A stretch of DNA of 64,000 nt, from positions 1 to 64,000 of the IMG/VR virus record IMGVR_UViG_3300009703_000010. The stretch is one strand, 5' to 3'. The notes beneath the pieces were generated by a model, which was given only the letters and a program-made list of their open reading frames with translations, had not been told where the DNA came from and searched no databases. The DNA is from a virus. Position 1 is the stretch's first letter; each line of letters opens with the position of its first letter. Made by a program: the position numbers and the translations under genes. Positions 10,801 to 20,072 of this stretch are shown here, piece by piece.

Positions 10801-12210
10801 ATCGGACATCGGGCGGACATATGCTCCATCCGAACCGTAGCGTGTTCCTGTAATCCCCGAACCAGTCCAAGTGTGACTACCTCTACGTGCAGGTGAAGCG
10901 GAGGTGACTTGGATATTCAACCCAGCAAATCTCATCCCATTTGCATACGAGAATGGAGCAACACCACCACCTCTCGCTGCATCTTTGCTTATCGCATAAA
11001 ATGAACTTACAGTAAATACTCCTTCATATCCAATTAACCCGCAAGCATCCATAACAGCATGGTTCCCGAGATTTGCTGGGCCGAGTTCATGCACCACTTC
11101 AGTCCCATCAAGTGGTTCTCTGATAGCGAGAGTATGAGCGGTCTCTTCGGGCTGCATCCAGTTAACGAAGTTCATTCCAAAGTGCTCATATGTATTCCAA
11201 GAACCTGCCGGTGTAATTGTGAGCCCAGCCTTCGCCATTCCCGGCGGTGATGATGGGTTGTCGGCCATGAGTGGACCGGGTATTACATCCAAAGAATCAG
11301 TAGGTTCAGGCGGACGACCAAATTGGTGATGCCCTTGCGCATATACATTCACGGCCCAATGACATGGATCAATAAAGTTTGCCGGGACATTAAACCGAGC
11401 AGCCATCCCTGAATTGAGTGTTCCCTTCGATGAGTGATCAGGATGAACTTGAATACCAAACGCAGATGCACCCAGCGTAACATTGTAGATGGTATCATGT
11501 GCATCACCCCACTGCTTCCCGTTACCACCTGAAGGTAAACATACCTGAGAGGCGAATGCAACACACGCTGCTTCTGAATTGGATTTGATGGAGCGGTGGG
11601 TTCCAATTGCTGTATCATACACAACAGGAATAACGGCTGAAGTCGCACGATCATACATTCGTCCATTGCCACCAATACCATGTGTCCATCCGCTACGTTG
11701 CGGCCACATTGCGGTTGTGATCTGTTCAATCGGGCCGACCTGAAATGAGTGATTGCCCGGCGGACCGGATCCATCCGATAGGGTTTGATTGGCGAAGACG
11801 TATGTGGCGGTGTTCGGGACGTCGGCAAGACTGCCCGAACCACGAGTCCGACCCGGATGAGAATATGTTACGCCCGTCGCCATTCCAAATCCATGAAACG
11901 CATTGGCGGCATCATTTGCTCCCGGTCCGGGTGCCTGACCTGCAATCATTTGGCTCGTGAACAAGTAACCCTTGATGCTGTCTAACACCGAATACCCGGT
12001 TACCCATGTGGCTGAGAATGTATTGGCAACTTGAGTATTCTCGGTCGGGGTTCCCTTTGCCCATAATGAGGTATCGGAGTCGATTTTGTTTGCCCCTGTT
12101 CCTGTAGCAAGGAATGAACCACTTGCTCCGAAGGGGAATGTAAATGGTAAACCCGGTGTAAGACCCAAAGGAGGTCTGAGATCAAGCCGGGTTGGATCAA
12201 TGTTGCTCAC
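7864..12210 (-). CDS. giant tail-tip/fibre protein
   Basis: This is ORF 7864..12249. The GTG at 12210 overlaps the upstream stop (GTGA) and is the preferred start, and no ATG occurs for a long distance downstream. Confidence 0.6.
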   Translation of the reverse strand: MSNIDPTRLDLRPPLGLTPGLPFTFPFGASGSFLATGTGANKIDSDTSLWAKGTPTENTQVANTFSATWVTGYSVLDSIKGYLFTSQMIAGQAPGPGANDAANAFHGFGMATGVTYSHPGRTRGSGSLADVPNTATYVFANQTLSDGSGPPGNHSFQVGPIEQITTAMWPQRSGWTHGIGGNGRMYDRATSAVIPVVYDTAIGTHRSIKSNSEAACVAFASQVCLPSGGNGKQWGDAHDTIYNVTLGASAFGIQVHPDHSSKGTLNSGMAARFNVPANFIDPCHWAVNVYAQGHHQFGRPPEPTDSLDVIPGPLMADNPSSPPGMAKAGLTITPAGSWNTYEHFGMNFVNWMQPEETAHTLAIREPLDGTEVVHELGPANLGNHAVMDACGLIGYEGVFTVSSFYAISKDAARGGGVAPFSYANGMRFAGLNIQVTSASPARRGSHTWTGSGITGTRYGSDGAYVRPMSDCMKTTGSMKDHAGAIGLTADTGGGDSNATTFFIGRTGLDRMATIAADETKVCTTPEGDVETTISTNCTQYIIGDTAALPAAFGSANTYIGTSATVGTERVGTRWMADYMPTRVRVIPQVIGYTEETVAPGSHKTGRYTKTDAAHPAAASSIVVKRPIVDYHVLVSLCEATGTITGEVVDDVSTRNAPEYTELHQDTNTNGRDAVIMHAIFRIYPDALDQVVHGVEVAGDFGNPSFTDPEWFMQMGYDQVVPRHDYAKSNSSQQGWGLHQVTPFRPIRNQEWTNVPRFSGIVEPGGMYQRGGIEHLWDADVFGDELFVAANLRYSDDIGGGVPTVDPTTGKQWFGNVWKFGQTWNDITTPEIPPGHELMVFRYNYTQDPDHPGKVHTTPTDNPILTRLTAGNAASYLSGAFDQQLHNDRHTSHSGGFHWRSETDIKTESTSGRAWDLHDWVFPRVELMRYLGADSKGSPSTYPTISCGALRIMEDGKLLMAAVHRDTISSTDQYPDGTIGYPFDPDNAYPRCPPGYYYDGSACVAMTSTNVAPDPGTYLDADATWGISGSAWATPVSPPTASAPSNTGSTVYGQWPTWSKLVTGSSARSLVLLWTDTLAQNGKVTQGRRDFSGKWASDHAGGWVWSQVFNLPDTWWSGAQIAYWYPESGQRAIPCNYGVYPEVRLSHVTLPRSLPWITPAGELKHGLPLLQPTNRSAVHTAGHLYGLHTNTGTDYATTTVPETVWPAHLGHLNSWWGIQQNWVATQYWHPTVYGFTDFISGARPWGHKGWSAWSLPADLIDPMWSTAGTAFPAEGASAEQQILSGMSGSMGLHWQWSWSPNTGMFSMADVDMQQSLLLTYDFGQSCRWPANVASGKSGTIIGIIKDNVYVAVTPHLISGIAEISAWMQTNPESPFLDLLTYGSNVVEGWRIQIPTTLTPGIMIDKNLSIVLDMSAASGIDRECHIVEPFFLQPNNLVDPQGFTVTPPGP

Positions 12211-15200
12211 TCTCCCACCCCTGCCTCGTGCACCAATGTTGCGGTCCAAGGAGTCATTCCATGCGCCCCGCCTTCACGCTGATAATTGAATGTAGTAATT
12301 CGCCCAGCAAATGTCTTTGAGTCAGGGGTTCCGGAATAATTGACTGCTTGATATTCGAACTCAACCAAGTGCCCGGTCGCCAACAGGTCTTCCATGAATG
12401 CAATATCTGCATCCGCAGTCTCTCTGAGGAATACGCCGGACAGAATGAAGTCGTCCAATCGTTGACCCGTATCGCTGATTTCCGGATAATCAGAATCGAT
12501 GAGAGAGGTTGTTGTGTATTCAGCCGATCTGCTACGCTCAAACGCATTCGGTGCAGTATTCAGAGATAGCGGAACCGTAAGGCGCGCCGGCATCACTTTG
12601 ATCACTGCCTGCGCTGTATTGGAGGTGGATCCAGTTGCGTCTTCACAGGTCATCGAAGCCATGAACTCACCAGCCGCTGCGTATGTATGGGCGATATAAT
12701 TGGTTGGTTGTGGCCCAACAATGGATGATCCGTCTCCGGGCGTGAAATAGAAATTGGTGACCGTCCCTCCGTCTTCAACATCAAATGATTTGGAGCCATC
12801 AAGCCGCACAGCATCACCAGCCCTTGCAACCGACGGTGTGGCTCTCAGGATTGCCACCGGTGGTGCATTGGCTACATTCACGGTGATAGTCGGAGACCAA
12901 TCGGATTCGTTTCCATTGTTGTCTTTGGATTTGGCTCTCACTAAGAGCCCTGCTGCGGCGGTTGCATATGAGTGGTTGATATCGAGATATGCACTAAGTG
13001 CTTCTGAAGTAACAGCGAGCCAATCGGTAACTGTTCCATCACCGTAATCGATTTTGAGATGGGTGATCAAACGCTCAGTATCAGCAGTAGTTCCTGTTAC
13101 ACGATAGGAAACAATGTGTCCGACTCGGGTATCAATTGGAGAAGTCGTATCCCCATTGAAAGTCTCAGCGGTAACAATAAGAGACGCTGTGGGGGTAAGA
13201 TCATAATCAATCACCCACCCTTCAATTTTAGGCATTGAGTTCCAACTGATTGGCATGTAGTCAGTGTCCTCGTTAGTGTAAGTCGACCATTCAAACCGGA
13301 TTGTGAACCCATCGGTATATGCCGCTGCGGGCAAATCAAGAAGGCTGATGATTCCGGTAGATCCAGACCAATCCGGATCAAGCGATTCGAAGTTCGTGTA
13401 AGGTGTGCCGGGTGCCTGTCCAAACTCCGTCCATGTTCCAACCGTTGTGCCGGGTGCACAAATACTGACTCTGACTGTTTGCGTCGACCCCATGCCTCCA
13501 CCGGTGATAATGAGCGTTCGATACTTGATCACATCGGCGATATCGTAAGTGATGGTTTCAGCCGTGAACGGAAGCATTGCCTGTGTTGGAATCTCGCGCA
13601 CTGAAACTGTATCAATAATCGGATCAACGCCTTCTTTGTTGTAGAGATTGCTCCAAATACTTTTGGTAACATCGGTATCGGATGTATGAAATGCACCATG
13701 CTCAAAGGTAAATCCATAGGTCGGTCCTTGAGATGATGTATCAGTGCCTTTTGTATTTCCATTCTCAGAGTGATACATGCCTCCATCATGGAACGCAAAC
13801 CTCAGTGTGTAAAGTCCCTCTTTGAACGTGGTCTCAGATCCGCCCGACCCGATGTGATTCGCCGCAAGGCCCCACCCGCTTCGAATCCCATCGAGCGGTA
13901 ATAGAACATCATCTGCGAGCAGAGCCGCCTTGATATTAGCATTCTCAAATACAGAAGAACCACCCCATGCCCACCACCAAGTTTCAGCGTGAGTATATTC
14001 GTTCGATTTATACCGACGAAGTTTACCATCTACAGTATTCGCTGTTGACGGACCAACCGGATAGTGCCCCCATCCTTCTTCTTCATCGGTGGATGATGAA
14101 TGAGTGATATGAGACCTCCCGTGATGAATGAATGATCGGAGACCTTGCACCCCGCGAGTGATAGACCCTCTCTCAAACCATATTTTGGTAACGCGATCCA
14201 TCTCTGCGGGGATGTATGCCTTGATCTCGATGTCGGCATAGACTGGAGAGGTAGCCCATTCAGTGAGACCATATTCATCGGATGCAATGAATGCAAGTGG
14301 GTCTGTATCGTATGTAAGAAGCGTAGAATCATTGTAAGTCCCCTTCATAGGAATCATAGACGGGACTTCTGTGTTCCAAGTTCCACATCGCTTCCGTCCC
14401 GGCCACGGTCGATTGCGGCCAGCAGGCCAAGTATTCCCACCACTATCCTCCGGCTTGATGTAATCCCAAGCATGCCGACCGGTTGTTTGATCCATTGCAC
14501 TCCACAGTGACATTGTGAGTCCCTTAATGAACCATTGTGATCGGTCAATGTTGGCCCAGTTGGCGTGAGAAAACCGCTCAGTGATTTGTCCCGAATCTCC
14601 AAGTTGTGCAGGGATTCGGATCCCAGTTCCGCCGGTGAGCGTTGGAGTCGGGGCTTTTTCATCCTGAGTTTCCAACGGGTAATCGCTCAATCCAAGACCA
14701 CCAACAACCTGAACCTGTCTACGATAAAGTCCATCACGTGTATCAGTTGAACCAACACCCGCATCATGTTCATTGTAACCATACCCACCGGGGGGTCCCA
14801 ATAAATGTGAGGCGGGATTGATACCCGGTCTCAGATCATCGACTGTCCCCATAAGTGTAGGTGTGAATGATTTATTTCCGGGAACGCTGGAACCAAAACC
14901 CCATGTTCCCGATTCAGCGTCGAGATACTCATTCGTTGAAGCGGGTATGGTTGGCTTTGGGCGTCCGAGATGTAGTTTTGCTGTGCTGGCAAGGGTTGGG
15001 GTTCCTGTATACTTTGCTTCATCAGGGTAAGTAGTAACTGCATCAAACCGAACCCCATTACCTGATGGCGAATCCCCATCGGCACCAACCACGATATTCG
15101 TGACCGGCCACCAACCATTCACATCACTATTGGTTCCGCTATCCCATCCGACCGCACCACTGATTCCTGTTACGTATATCCAACACGGTGCTGTGATCAG

Positions 15201-16700
15201 GTTACCCGATGTATCATCCGCACCATCGGCATAGAATCTCACTACTCCCGAAACAACCTCTACAGCGTATACTGTCGAAGGGAGAACATTGATTCCATGT
15301 TGATTCTCATTTGCGTATTGAGTTCCACCACCAGCGACTGTGAACCCCCCATGAGCCGTGTTACCATACAATCCATTGAGGTAAGAGAACTCATTGAAGT
15401 TCCAACCGTGTGCAGCATGGCTGAATGGTCCTTGAACAAAGTCAACTCCGGGAGATATCATGGCGTGTGCCTGTTTATTGGCATCTCGTGCTTCACCTGA
15501 TCTTGCAGGAGCGGTCCAAGAAGCATAAAGTCCATCGCCGCCGAGATAAGGTCCCCCTTCTGCATGCTGCCCTCGATGACGAATATGATGTTCGCCACCA
15601 ACCTCCCTCTTTGGATCATAGGAATATGGAATTAGTGCGCCACCGCCGGAGATGGTGTAAGTTCCATCCTTGAGGAACATCGCAAGGCACATCCGCATTC
15701 TCCACTTTGGATTCGGTGAAAGCCCATTATCCGCTGTGTCTTGATAGGTTGCTGTCTGATTCGTCACAGACCCGAATCTACGTTCTCCAACGAGATGATC
15801 ACCGAAGTGATTAGCGAATGCAAACTTGACAGCAGCGTCACCCGTTTCCGGATCGGGATTGTAGCGTGTTTGTCCACGCCCATCAGTTGCAACCGCCATC
15901 TCCGCCGAAGTAATCGCTGTGGCAGCCGGGTCGGTATCGCCAAGACCAAGTGTGAGTGCAGTCCGCGCGAGCGTAATGTCTCGTGAGTATTGGTTCATAT
16001 TTTGAGCCATTGGCATGAACACGGTTGCTGCTATTTGTGCATTCACTTCCGCACCGAGATAATTCGAAAGGGTGCCGACAAGCGTATAGTCAGGACCATC
16101 AATCAACCCCGCCACATTTTCCTGAAATGTTGGATGTGGGTTCCATGTTCGTCCCGATGGGGTTTCAGATAACCATACACCAGTGCGACCGGTAAATGAA
16201 TCAAGGATGTCTGCGAGTTCCTGTAGTGTAATTGGTAGAGGAGCGGGTCCCACTGTCTTATCGTGAACCTCCATCTCCTCCAAGCACTCATACCGCGTGC
16301 TCGCCCAAAACTTCCCTGCGTGGGCTTCGCTGAGTAGAGGAATGACTGTGGTGGTTGCATCCGGCCATGTAATAGTCGCTGTTGCATACCACGTCCCGGA
16401 ACCGGCAATGGTGATAGTGCATGTTCCTTCGGTTGATCCAAGAGCGTTCTTGGTTGCGTTCGTCAACAGGTATTCTAATCGGATTCCTGCAATGTCCGCT
16501 TCATTGCCATTCTCTTGCCCTGATGCGAGAAGCATCTCATCGTATGAATGTAATTCGGATCGAAACAGAACGGGGTCGACTGTGAGATGTGAAGAATTAG
16601 TTCCTTGCTTGAGGACCACTGGCCACCATCGTTGATTCTCAAGTAAGTCGTTCTTCAAACGGCTATGAATGCCAGCAATGGTTTTTGTGTATCTACTCAA
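12207..16700 (-). CDS. giant tail-tip protein with PKD-like Ig repeats
   Basis: It is 1497 aa with a TTG start overlapping the tape-measure stop (TTGA). PKD-like strings IDYGDGTVTDW and FTPGDGSSIVGPQPTNYIAHTYAAAGEF lie near the C-terminus. Confidence 0.65.
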   Translation of the reverse strand: MSRYTKTIAGIHSRLKNDLLENQRWWPVVLKQGTNSSHLTVDPVLFRSELHSYDEMLLASGQENGNEADIAGIRLEYLLTNATKNALGSTEGTCTITIAGSGTWYATATITWPDATTTVIPLLSEAHAGKFWASTRYECLEEMEVHDKTVGPAPLPITLQELADILDSFTGRTGVWLSETPSGRTWNPHPTFQENVAGLIDGPDYTLVGTLSNYLGAEVNAQIAATVFMPMAQNMNQYSRDITLARTALTLGLGDTDPAATAITSAEMAVATDGRGQTRYNPDPETGDAAVKFAFANHFGDHLVGERRFGSVTNQTATYQDTADNGLSPNPKWRMRMCLAMFLKDGTYTISGGGALIPYSYDPKREVGGEHHIRHRGQHAEGGPYLGGDGLYASWTAPARSGEARDANKQAHAMISPGVDFVQGPFSHAAHGWNFNEFSYLNGLYGNTAHGGFTVAGGGTQYANENQHGINVLPSTVYAVEVVSGVVRFYADGADDTSGNLITAPCWIYVTGISGAVGWDSGTNSDVNGWWPVTNIVVGADGDSPSGNGVRFDAVTTYPDEAKYTGTPTLASTAKLHLGRPKPTIPASTNEYLDAESGTWGFGSSVPGNKSFTPTLMGTVDDLRPGINPASHLLGPPGGYGYNEHDAGVGSTDTRDGLYRRQVQVVGGLGLSDYPLETQDEKAPTPTLTGGTGIRIPAQLGDSGQITERFSHANWANIDRSQWFIKGLTMSLWSAMDQTTGRHAWDYIKPEDSGGNTWPAGRNRPWPGRKRCGTWNTEVPSMIPMKGTYNDSTLLTYDTDPLAFIASDEYGLTEWATSPVYADIEIKAYIPAEMDRVTKIWFERGSITRGVQGLRSFIHHGRSHITHSSSTDEEEGWGHYPVGPSTANTVDGKLRRYKSNEYTHAETWWWAWGGSSVFENANIKAALLADDVLLPLDGIRSGWGLAANHIGSGGSETTFKEGLYTLRFAFHDGGMYHSENGNTKGTDTSSQGPTYGFTFEHGAFHTSDTDVTKSIWSNLYNKEGVDPIIDTVSVREIPTQAMLPFTAETITYDIADVIKYRTLIITGGGMGSTQTVRVSICAPGTTVGTWTEFGQAPGTPYTNFESLDPDWSGSTGIISLLDLPAAAYTDGFTIRFEWSTYTNEDTDYMPISWNSMPKIEGWVIDYDLTPTASLIVTAETFNGDTTSPIDTRVGHIVSYRVTGTTADTERLITHLKIDYGDGTVTDWLAVTSEALSAYLDINHSYATAAAGLLVRAKSKDNNGNESDWSPTITVNVANAPPVAILRATPSVARAGDAVRLDGSKSFDVEDGGTVTNFYFTPGDGSSIVGPQPTNYIAHTYAAAGEFMASMTCEDATGSTSNTAQAVIKVMPARLTVPLSLNTAPNAFERSRSAEYTTTSLIDSDYPEISDTGQRLDDFILSGVFLRETADADIAFMEDLLATGHLVEFEYQAVNYSGTPDSKTFAGRITTFNYQREGGAHGMTPWTATLVHEAGVGE

Positions 16701-18772
16701 AATGAACCCCTCACATTTGCTGCTAATCCCCTCGACAATGCGGCCGGCAAGAACTTAGTAATGGCGGCTTCTACATCCTTTGAATCCTTCATTCCAGTGA
16801 TAGAGAGATTCTGAATAGTAACTCCGCCGCCGCCGCTGTTGCTACCTTCAGTTCCAACCGCCTGTCTGGATCTTGCAGCATCTCCTGTAATGTCAGCAAA
16901 GAATGCTTCCATCTTTCTCAGCGGGATGATCATTTCAGGTCCTCTTTCACCAACCATTGCCATTGTTGGTTTAGAGACGATGCCGCCTTCTGCGAAGCCC
17001 AAGAAGTCGCCAACATCCGAGAAGGCATTCTTGACTCCACCAATAATTCCACCCTCCATTCCCATCATCTCAACAATGGCGTTGAGGACCCGGTAAACGG
17101 GGTTGATGTAAATGAGGAGGTTTGCAAACGCTTCAGCGATCATTCCGATACCACCCACGAGGTTTCCGCTGGAAATTGCTTCGCCTGCATCGAAGAATAG
17201 AGTAAGAGCCCGAACGAGAGGCTTGATCAACAAAAGCATGAACTTGAGTATCGGGATAAGGATTTTGAACAGAGGGATCAGATCATCACGAAGCATCGGG
17301 ATGATGTCATCCTTCATCATGGGGAGGAACTCCTGTCCAATCGAAATCATCACCTCCGCCCACGCCGACTTCATCTCGAGTAATGCGGTTTCTGTGGTTC
17401 CACCGATTGTATCAGCCATCTCCTGTGCTGCCCCTTCGGAGTTCTCAAGGTCAGTGATAAGTTGCTTGAACCCTTCTGTTTGCCCGGTAAGAGCAAGGAT
17501 TGCACCACCACCTCTGATACCGAATATCTCCATCATCTGTGCTGTAGTCGCACCGGCTTCGCTTAGTTGATTGATCACGTCAACGAGAGATGTGATACCC
17601 ATAATCTGCGAGTTGACTAAATTATTGAGAGAGGTGAACTCGCTTGACAATGCGGATTCGCTCTCTTTGAGTTTATCTGATTCAATCGACGCTTCGGTTT
17701 TCTTGATAGATGATTCAGCCATCGAAATATCGAGATCCTTATTCTTAGATTCAAGTCGCGTAATCGCCTCTATCTCATCACCAGTAAGAGAACGGCCTTC
17801 TTTCTCCGCCCTTCGACGGATCTTCATGATTGCCAAGTTGTTGCGTTGTTGATCAAGGCTCATTCCCCGCATGGCGTTGGTGACCGCCTTCAGTTCTGCT
17901 GTTACCGATGCACCGGCTCTCTTTGTCCGATCCAGATCAGCAATAACCGATGTGAGTGCAGTATTCGCTGCCTCACCAGCAGGAGTCAATCGGTAAACAT
18001 CGAGTCCAAGATCACCGATGACCCTGCGAGCCGCTTCGGATGGCTTGATTAGTTTCATCAATGCCCCGCGCAATTGAGTGCCCGCAAGCGATCCTTGCAA
18101 ACCAGCATTGCCAAGAATACCAATCGCTGCAGACAGTTCGACTATCTCAAGTCCCGCTGCCGCTGCTGTTGGCGCGACATACTTGAGACCCTCACCAAGT
18201 TGGGTCAGGGTAACATTGGTTGAAGTAAGAGTAACGGCCAATACATCGTTCACCATTTCCAGTTGGTTCATTTCCAACCGGAAACCACGAATTGCCGCTA
18301 CAGCAATCCCAGCGGCGGTCGGAACATCAACACCACCAACCAATGCCAATTGAAGCATTGATTCGAGTGCCTTATCAGACACCATCTCATCAATTGAGAT
18401 ACCAGCAATCGCCATGATCTGTGCAGCATTAGCGACTTCTGTAGCAGTGAATCGAGTAGTGGCACCGAGATCACGAACCTCTTTTTCTAAGACAGTCATA
18501 TCCTTCGCGCTTGCTTTGGTTACTGCTTGAGTTCGAACCATGACGTCTTCGAATCCGACAGCAAGATCAATGGCGTCTTTGATGAACTTCGCAGCCAAGA
18601 CGAATGCTGCAACCGCTGCTGTGACCACAATGAGAGGTCCCGATGCCGCTGCCGCCGCCGCTCCCATCGTGGCAAGGCCACCGGCGGCACCGCGAGCCGC
18701 CACACCAGTTCCAACCAATGCCCCCTGAGTGGCCTTTGCACCCGGCGCACTGAGGCGAAGACGGAGTGCCAT
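16697..18772 (-). CDS. tail tape measure protein
   Basis: It is 691 aa and follows the chaperone pair. It has an Ala/Gly-rich hydrophobic N-terminus, a long coiled-coil middle and hydrophobic C-terminal segments. Confidence 0.85.
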   Translation of the reverse strand: MALRLRLSAPGAKATQGALVGTGVAARGAAGGLATMGAAAAAASGPLIVVTAAVAAFVLAAKFIKDAIDLAVGFEDVMVRTQAVTKASAKDMTVLEKEVRDLGATTRFTATEVANAAQIMAIAGISIDEMVSDKALESMLQLALVGGVDVPTAAGIAVAAIRGFRLEMNQLEMVNDVLAVTLTSTNVTLTQLGEGLKYVAPTAAAAGLEIVELSAAIGILGNAGLQGSLAGTQLRGALMKLIKPSEAARRVIGDLGLDVYRLTPAGEAANTALTSVIADLDRTKRAGASVTAELKAVTNAMRGMSLDQQRNNLAIMKIRRRAEKEGRSLTGDEIEAITRLESKNKDLDISMAESSIKKTEASIESDKLKESESALSSEFTSLNNLVNSQIMGITSLVDVINQLSEAGATTAQMMEIFGIRGGGAILALTGQTEGFKQLITDLENSEGAAQEMADTIGGTTETALLEMKSAWAEVMISIGQEFLPMMKDDIIPMLRDDLIPLFKILIPILKFMLLLIKPLVRALTLFFDAGEAISSGNLVGGIGMIAEAFANLLIYINPVYRVLNAIVEMMGMEGGIIGGVKNAFSDVGDFLGFAEGGIVSKPTMAMVGERGPEMIIPLRKMEAFFADITGDAARSRQAVGTEGSNSGGGGVTIQNLSITGMKDSKDVEAAITKFLPAALSRGLAANVRGSF

Positions 18773-18791
18773 ATCCTTCAGGGCTATTTAC

Positions 18792-18971
18792 TCACCTCCG
18801 AGTGTTCGCCTGTTTTATTGCTTGATCTTGCTTCCGGTATCTCTCGGCGATGGCTGTCCACCACCATAACTGCTGTCGTGGGTCTAAGGAGTGCCATTGC
18901 TCGATGGACATCCCGGTGTCGAGTAAAATAGTGAGAAGGGATTGACCTTCGTCCGATTTGGCCTCTGCCAT
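18792..18971 (-). CDS. tail assembly chaperone T-frame ORF (59 aa, below the ORF-track cutoff); likely also made as a G-T fusion by -1 frameshift
   Basis: Hand translation gives MAEAKSDEGQSLLTILLDTGMSIEQWHSLDPRQQLWWWTAIAERYRKQDQAIKQANTRR. Its ATG overlaps the chaperone stop (TGATG) and it ends 19 nt before the TMP ATG. Confidence 0.6.
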   Translation of the reverse strand: MAEAKSDEGQSLLTILLDTGMSIEQWHSLDPRQQLWWWTAIAERYRKQDQAIKQANTRR

Positions 18972-19339
18972 CAGAGCCCCAAAGGGTCTTCATCCCCCTC
19001 ACCTCCCTCACCACGCGTTGCGGTGAGGATCGCTGTCGAGAGATCATTCAGCAACGTCAAAGGCAGTTGCTTGAAGGTAGTCCAGTTCAGGGTTACATCG
19101 CACTTTGACATCATTTCGAATGTCACGAGCAGCCCGAGCATCTCTGTTCGGTCCTCCCCATTCTTCAGGTTGCGAATATCGGGGTGCGATTTCAACACTT
19201 GATATTCAGCAGCCGATAGCGGGAGAACCTGAATCTGTTCCAAGAGCCCGGCACCATGCTTGATCCCAAGATCCAAGACATCGACATCGATGGGCTCGCC
19301 GGATTGTGCTAAGGCTGAATCTAACCAATTGTCTGACAT
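18971..19339 (-). CDS. tail assembly chaperone (G-like)
   Basis: It is 122 aa and acidic, lies between the tube and tape-measure genes, and has a slippery site near its 3' end. Confidence 0.7.
   Translation of the reverse strand: MSDNWLDSALAQSGEPIDVDVLDLGIKHGAGLLEQIQVLPLSAAEYQVLKSHPDIRNLKNGEDRTEMLGLLVTFEMMSKCDVTLNWTTFKQLPLTLLNDLSTAILTATRGEGGEGDEDPLGL
18980..18986 (-). promoter_or_regulatory. -1 programmed ribosomal frameshift heptamer C CCT TTG
   Basis: The minus strand reads GAC CCT TTG GGG CTC TGA. The heptamer fits X XXY YYZ, lies after the last -1-frame stop, and the -1 frame is open from there to 18792. Confidence 0.6.
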
Positions 19340-19358
19340 TCAATTTCACCCCCTCAAA

Positions 19359-19808
19359 TCAATCTCTCGACCAAGAGAGACCTTCAAAGGAAAGGTTGAT
19401 CATCAGTGCTCCTTCAGAACCCGCTTCAAGTCCTTCGATGCTGAGTTCCGTGATAACACAGTTTGATGCAGTGTATGTATGCGCACCTGTCGCACCATCA
19501 TTATCGAATAGGATTTCAAACTCGGTGTCGCCAGTGAATAGAGTATGCAAAGCATCATCGGAAACACCCCACGCCTTCTTCAGTGTCCCTGAAACGGACT
19601 GAAGTCCGCGTGTGTGTGCTGTTGCTGTATTCGAGTTAAGTATGGTGTATTTTCCAGTCGCCGTGCTAAATGTTACATCGCCGGAAACAAATCCAACAAC
19701 CGTAGTATTCGCCGTGATCTTTCCTGTCACACCTGTGAATGAGTGCACTGCCATATTCTTCGCCTGAATAATCTTAGAGAGAACCGGTAGATGAAAGGCT
19801 CCTTTCAT
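19359..19808 (-). CDS. major tail (tube) protein
   Basis: ORF 19359..20060 is trimmed to MKGAFHL at 19808. The product is about 150 aa, Thr/Ser/Gly-rich and beta-type, directly upstream of the chaperones. The N-terminal 84 aa of the ORF is Pro/Cys/His/Arg-rich and looks non-coding. Confidence 0.65.
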   Translation of the reverse strand: MKGAFHLPVLSKIIQAKNMAVHSFTGVTGKITANTTVVGFVSGDVTFSTATGKYTILNSNTATAHTRGLQSVSGTLKKAWGVSDDALHTLFTGDTEFEILFDNDGATGAHTYTASNCVITELSIEGLEAGSEGALMINLSFEGLSWSRD

Positions 19809-20072
19809 AGTGGATCCCCCTATGGGGGCGGTTCGGACACGGGGGGGTCTGGATCGGACACCCCCTAAGTCCGATACGTGGATGTAATGTGCCGGGTCTC
19901 GGCTGATCAGGTTATGGAGATGACAGTCAAAGTCACGGACGCCATCGCAACAATCGAGCGGCGGGTAATCAATGGGCGGATCACAGGAATGAAACGGCAC
20001 GAAGGATGCCGGGTTACCATAATAGTTCACCCACCTGATCCGATGTGAGGGTGGGGGCATCTACCATGATTC

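Noticed and set aside
3274-18931. Many 60-290-aa ORFs on the plus strand (and in alternative minus frames) overlapping the giant tail genes and the tape measure, for example 9889..10752 and 17112..17570.
   Set aside because: They lie antisense or out of frame within long, well-composed ORFs. Their composition is Arg/Ser/Cys/His-rich or low-complexity, and they lack start-stop coupling. They are treated as shadow ORFs.
18784-19047. ORF-track ORF (87 aa, minus strand) considered as the T-frame partner of the tail chaperone.
   Set aside because: It is in the +1 frame relative to the chaperone, Arg-rich and low-complexity, with no slippery site. The -1 frame has a canonical CCCTTTG heptamer and a well-composed 59-aa product that ends just before the tape-measure gene.
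19809-20060. The N-terminal 84 codons of ORF 19359..20060 considered as part of the tail tube protein.
   Set aside because: The segment is Pro/Cys/His/Arg-rich, unlike the rest of the protein. The region contains G/C-run hairpins typical of the intergenic DNA here, and MKGAFHL at 19808 gives a normal tube protein of about 150 aa.
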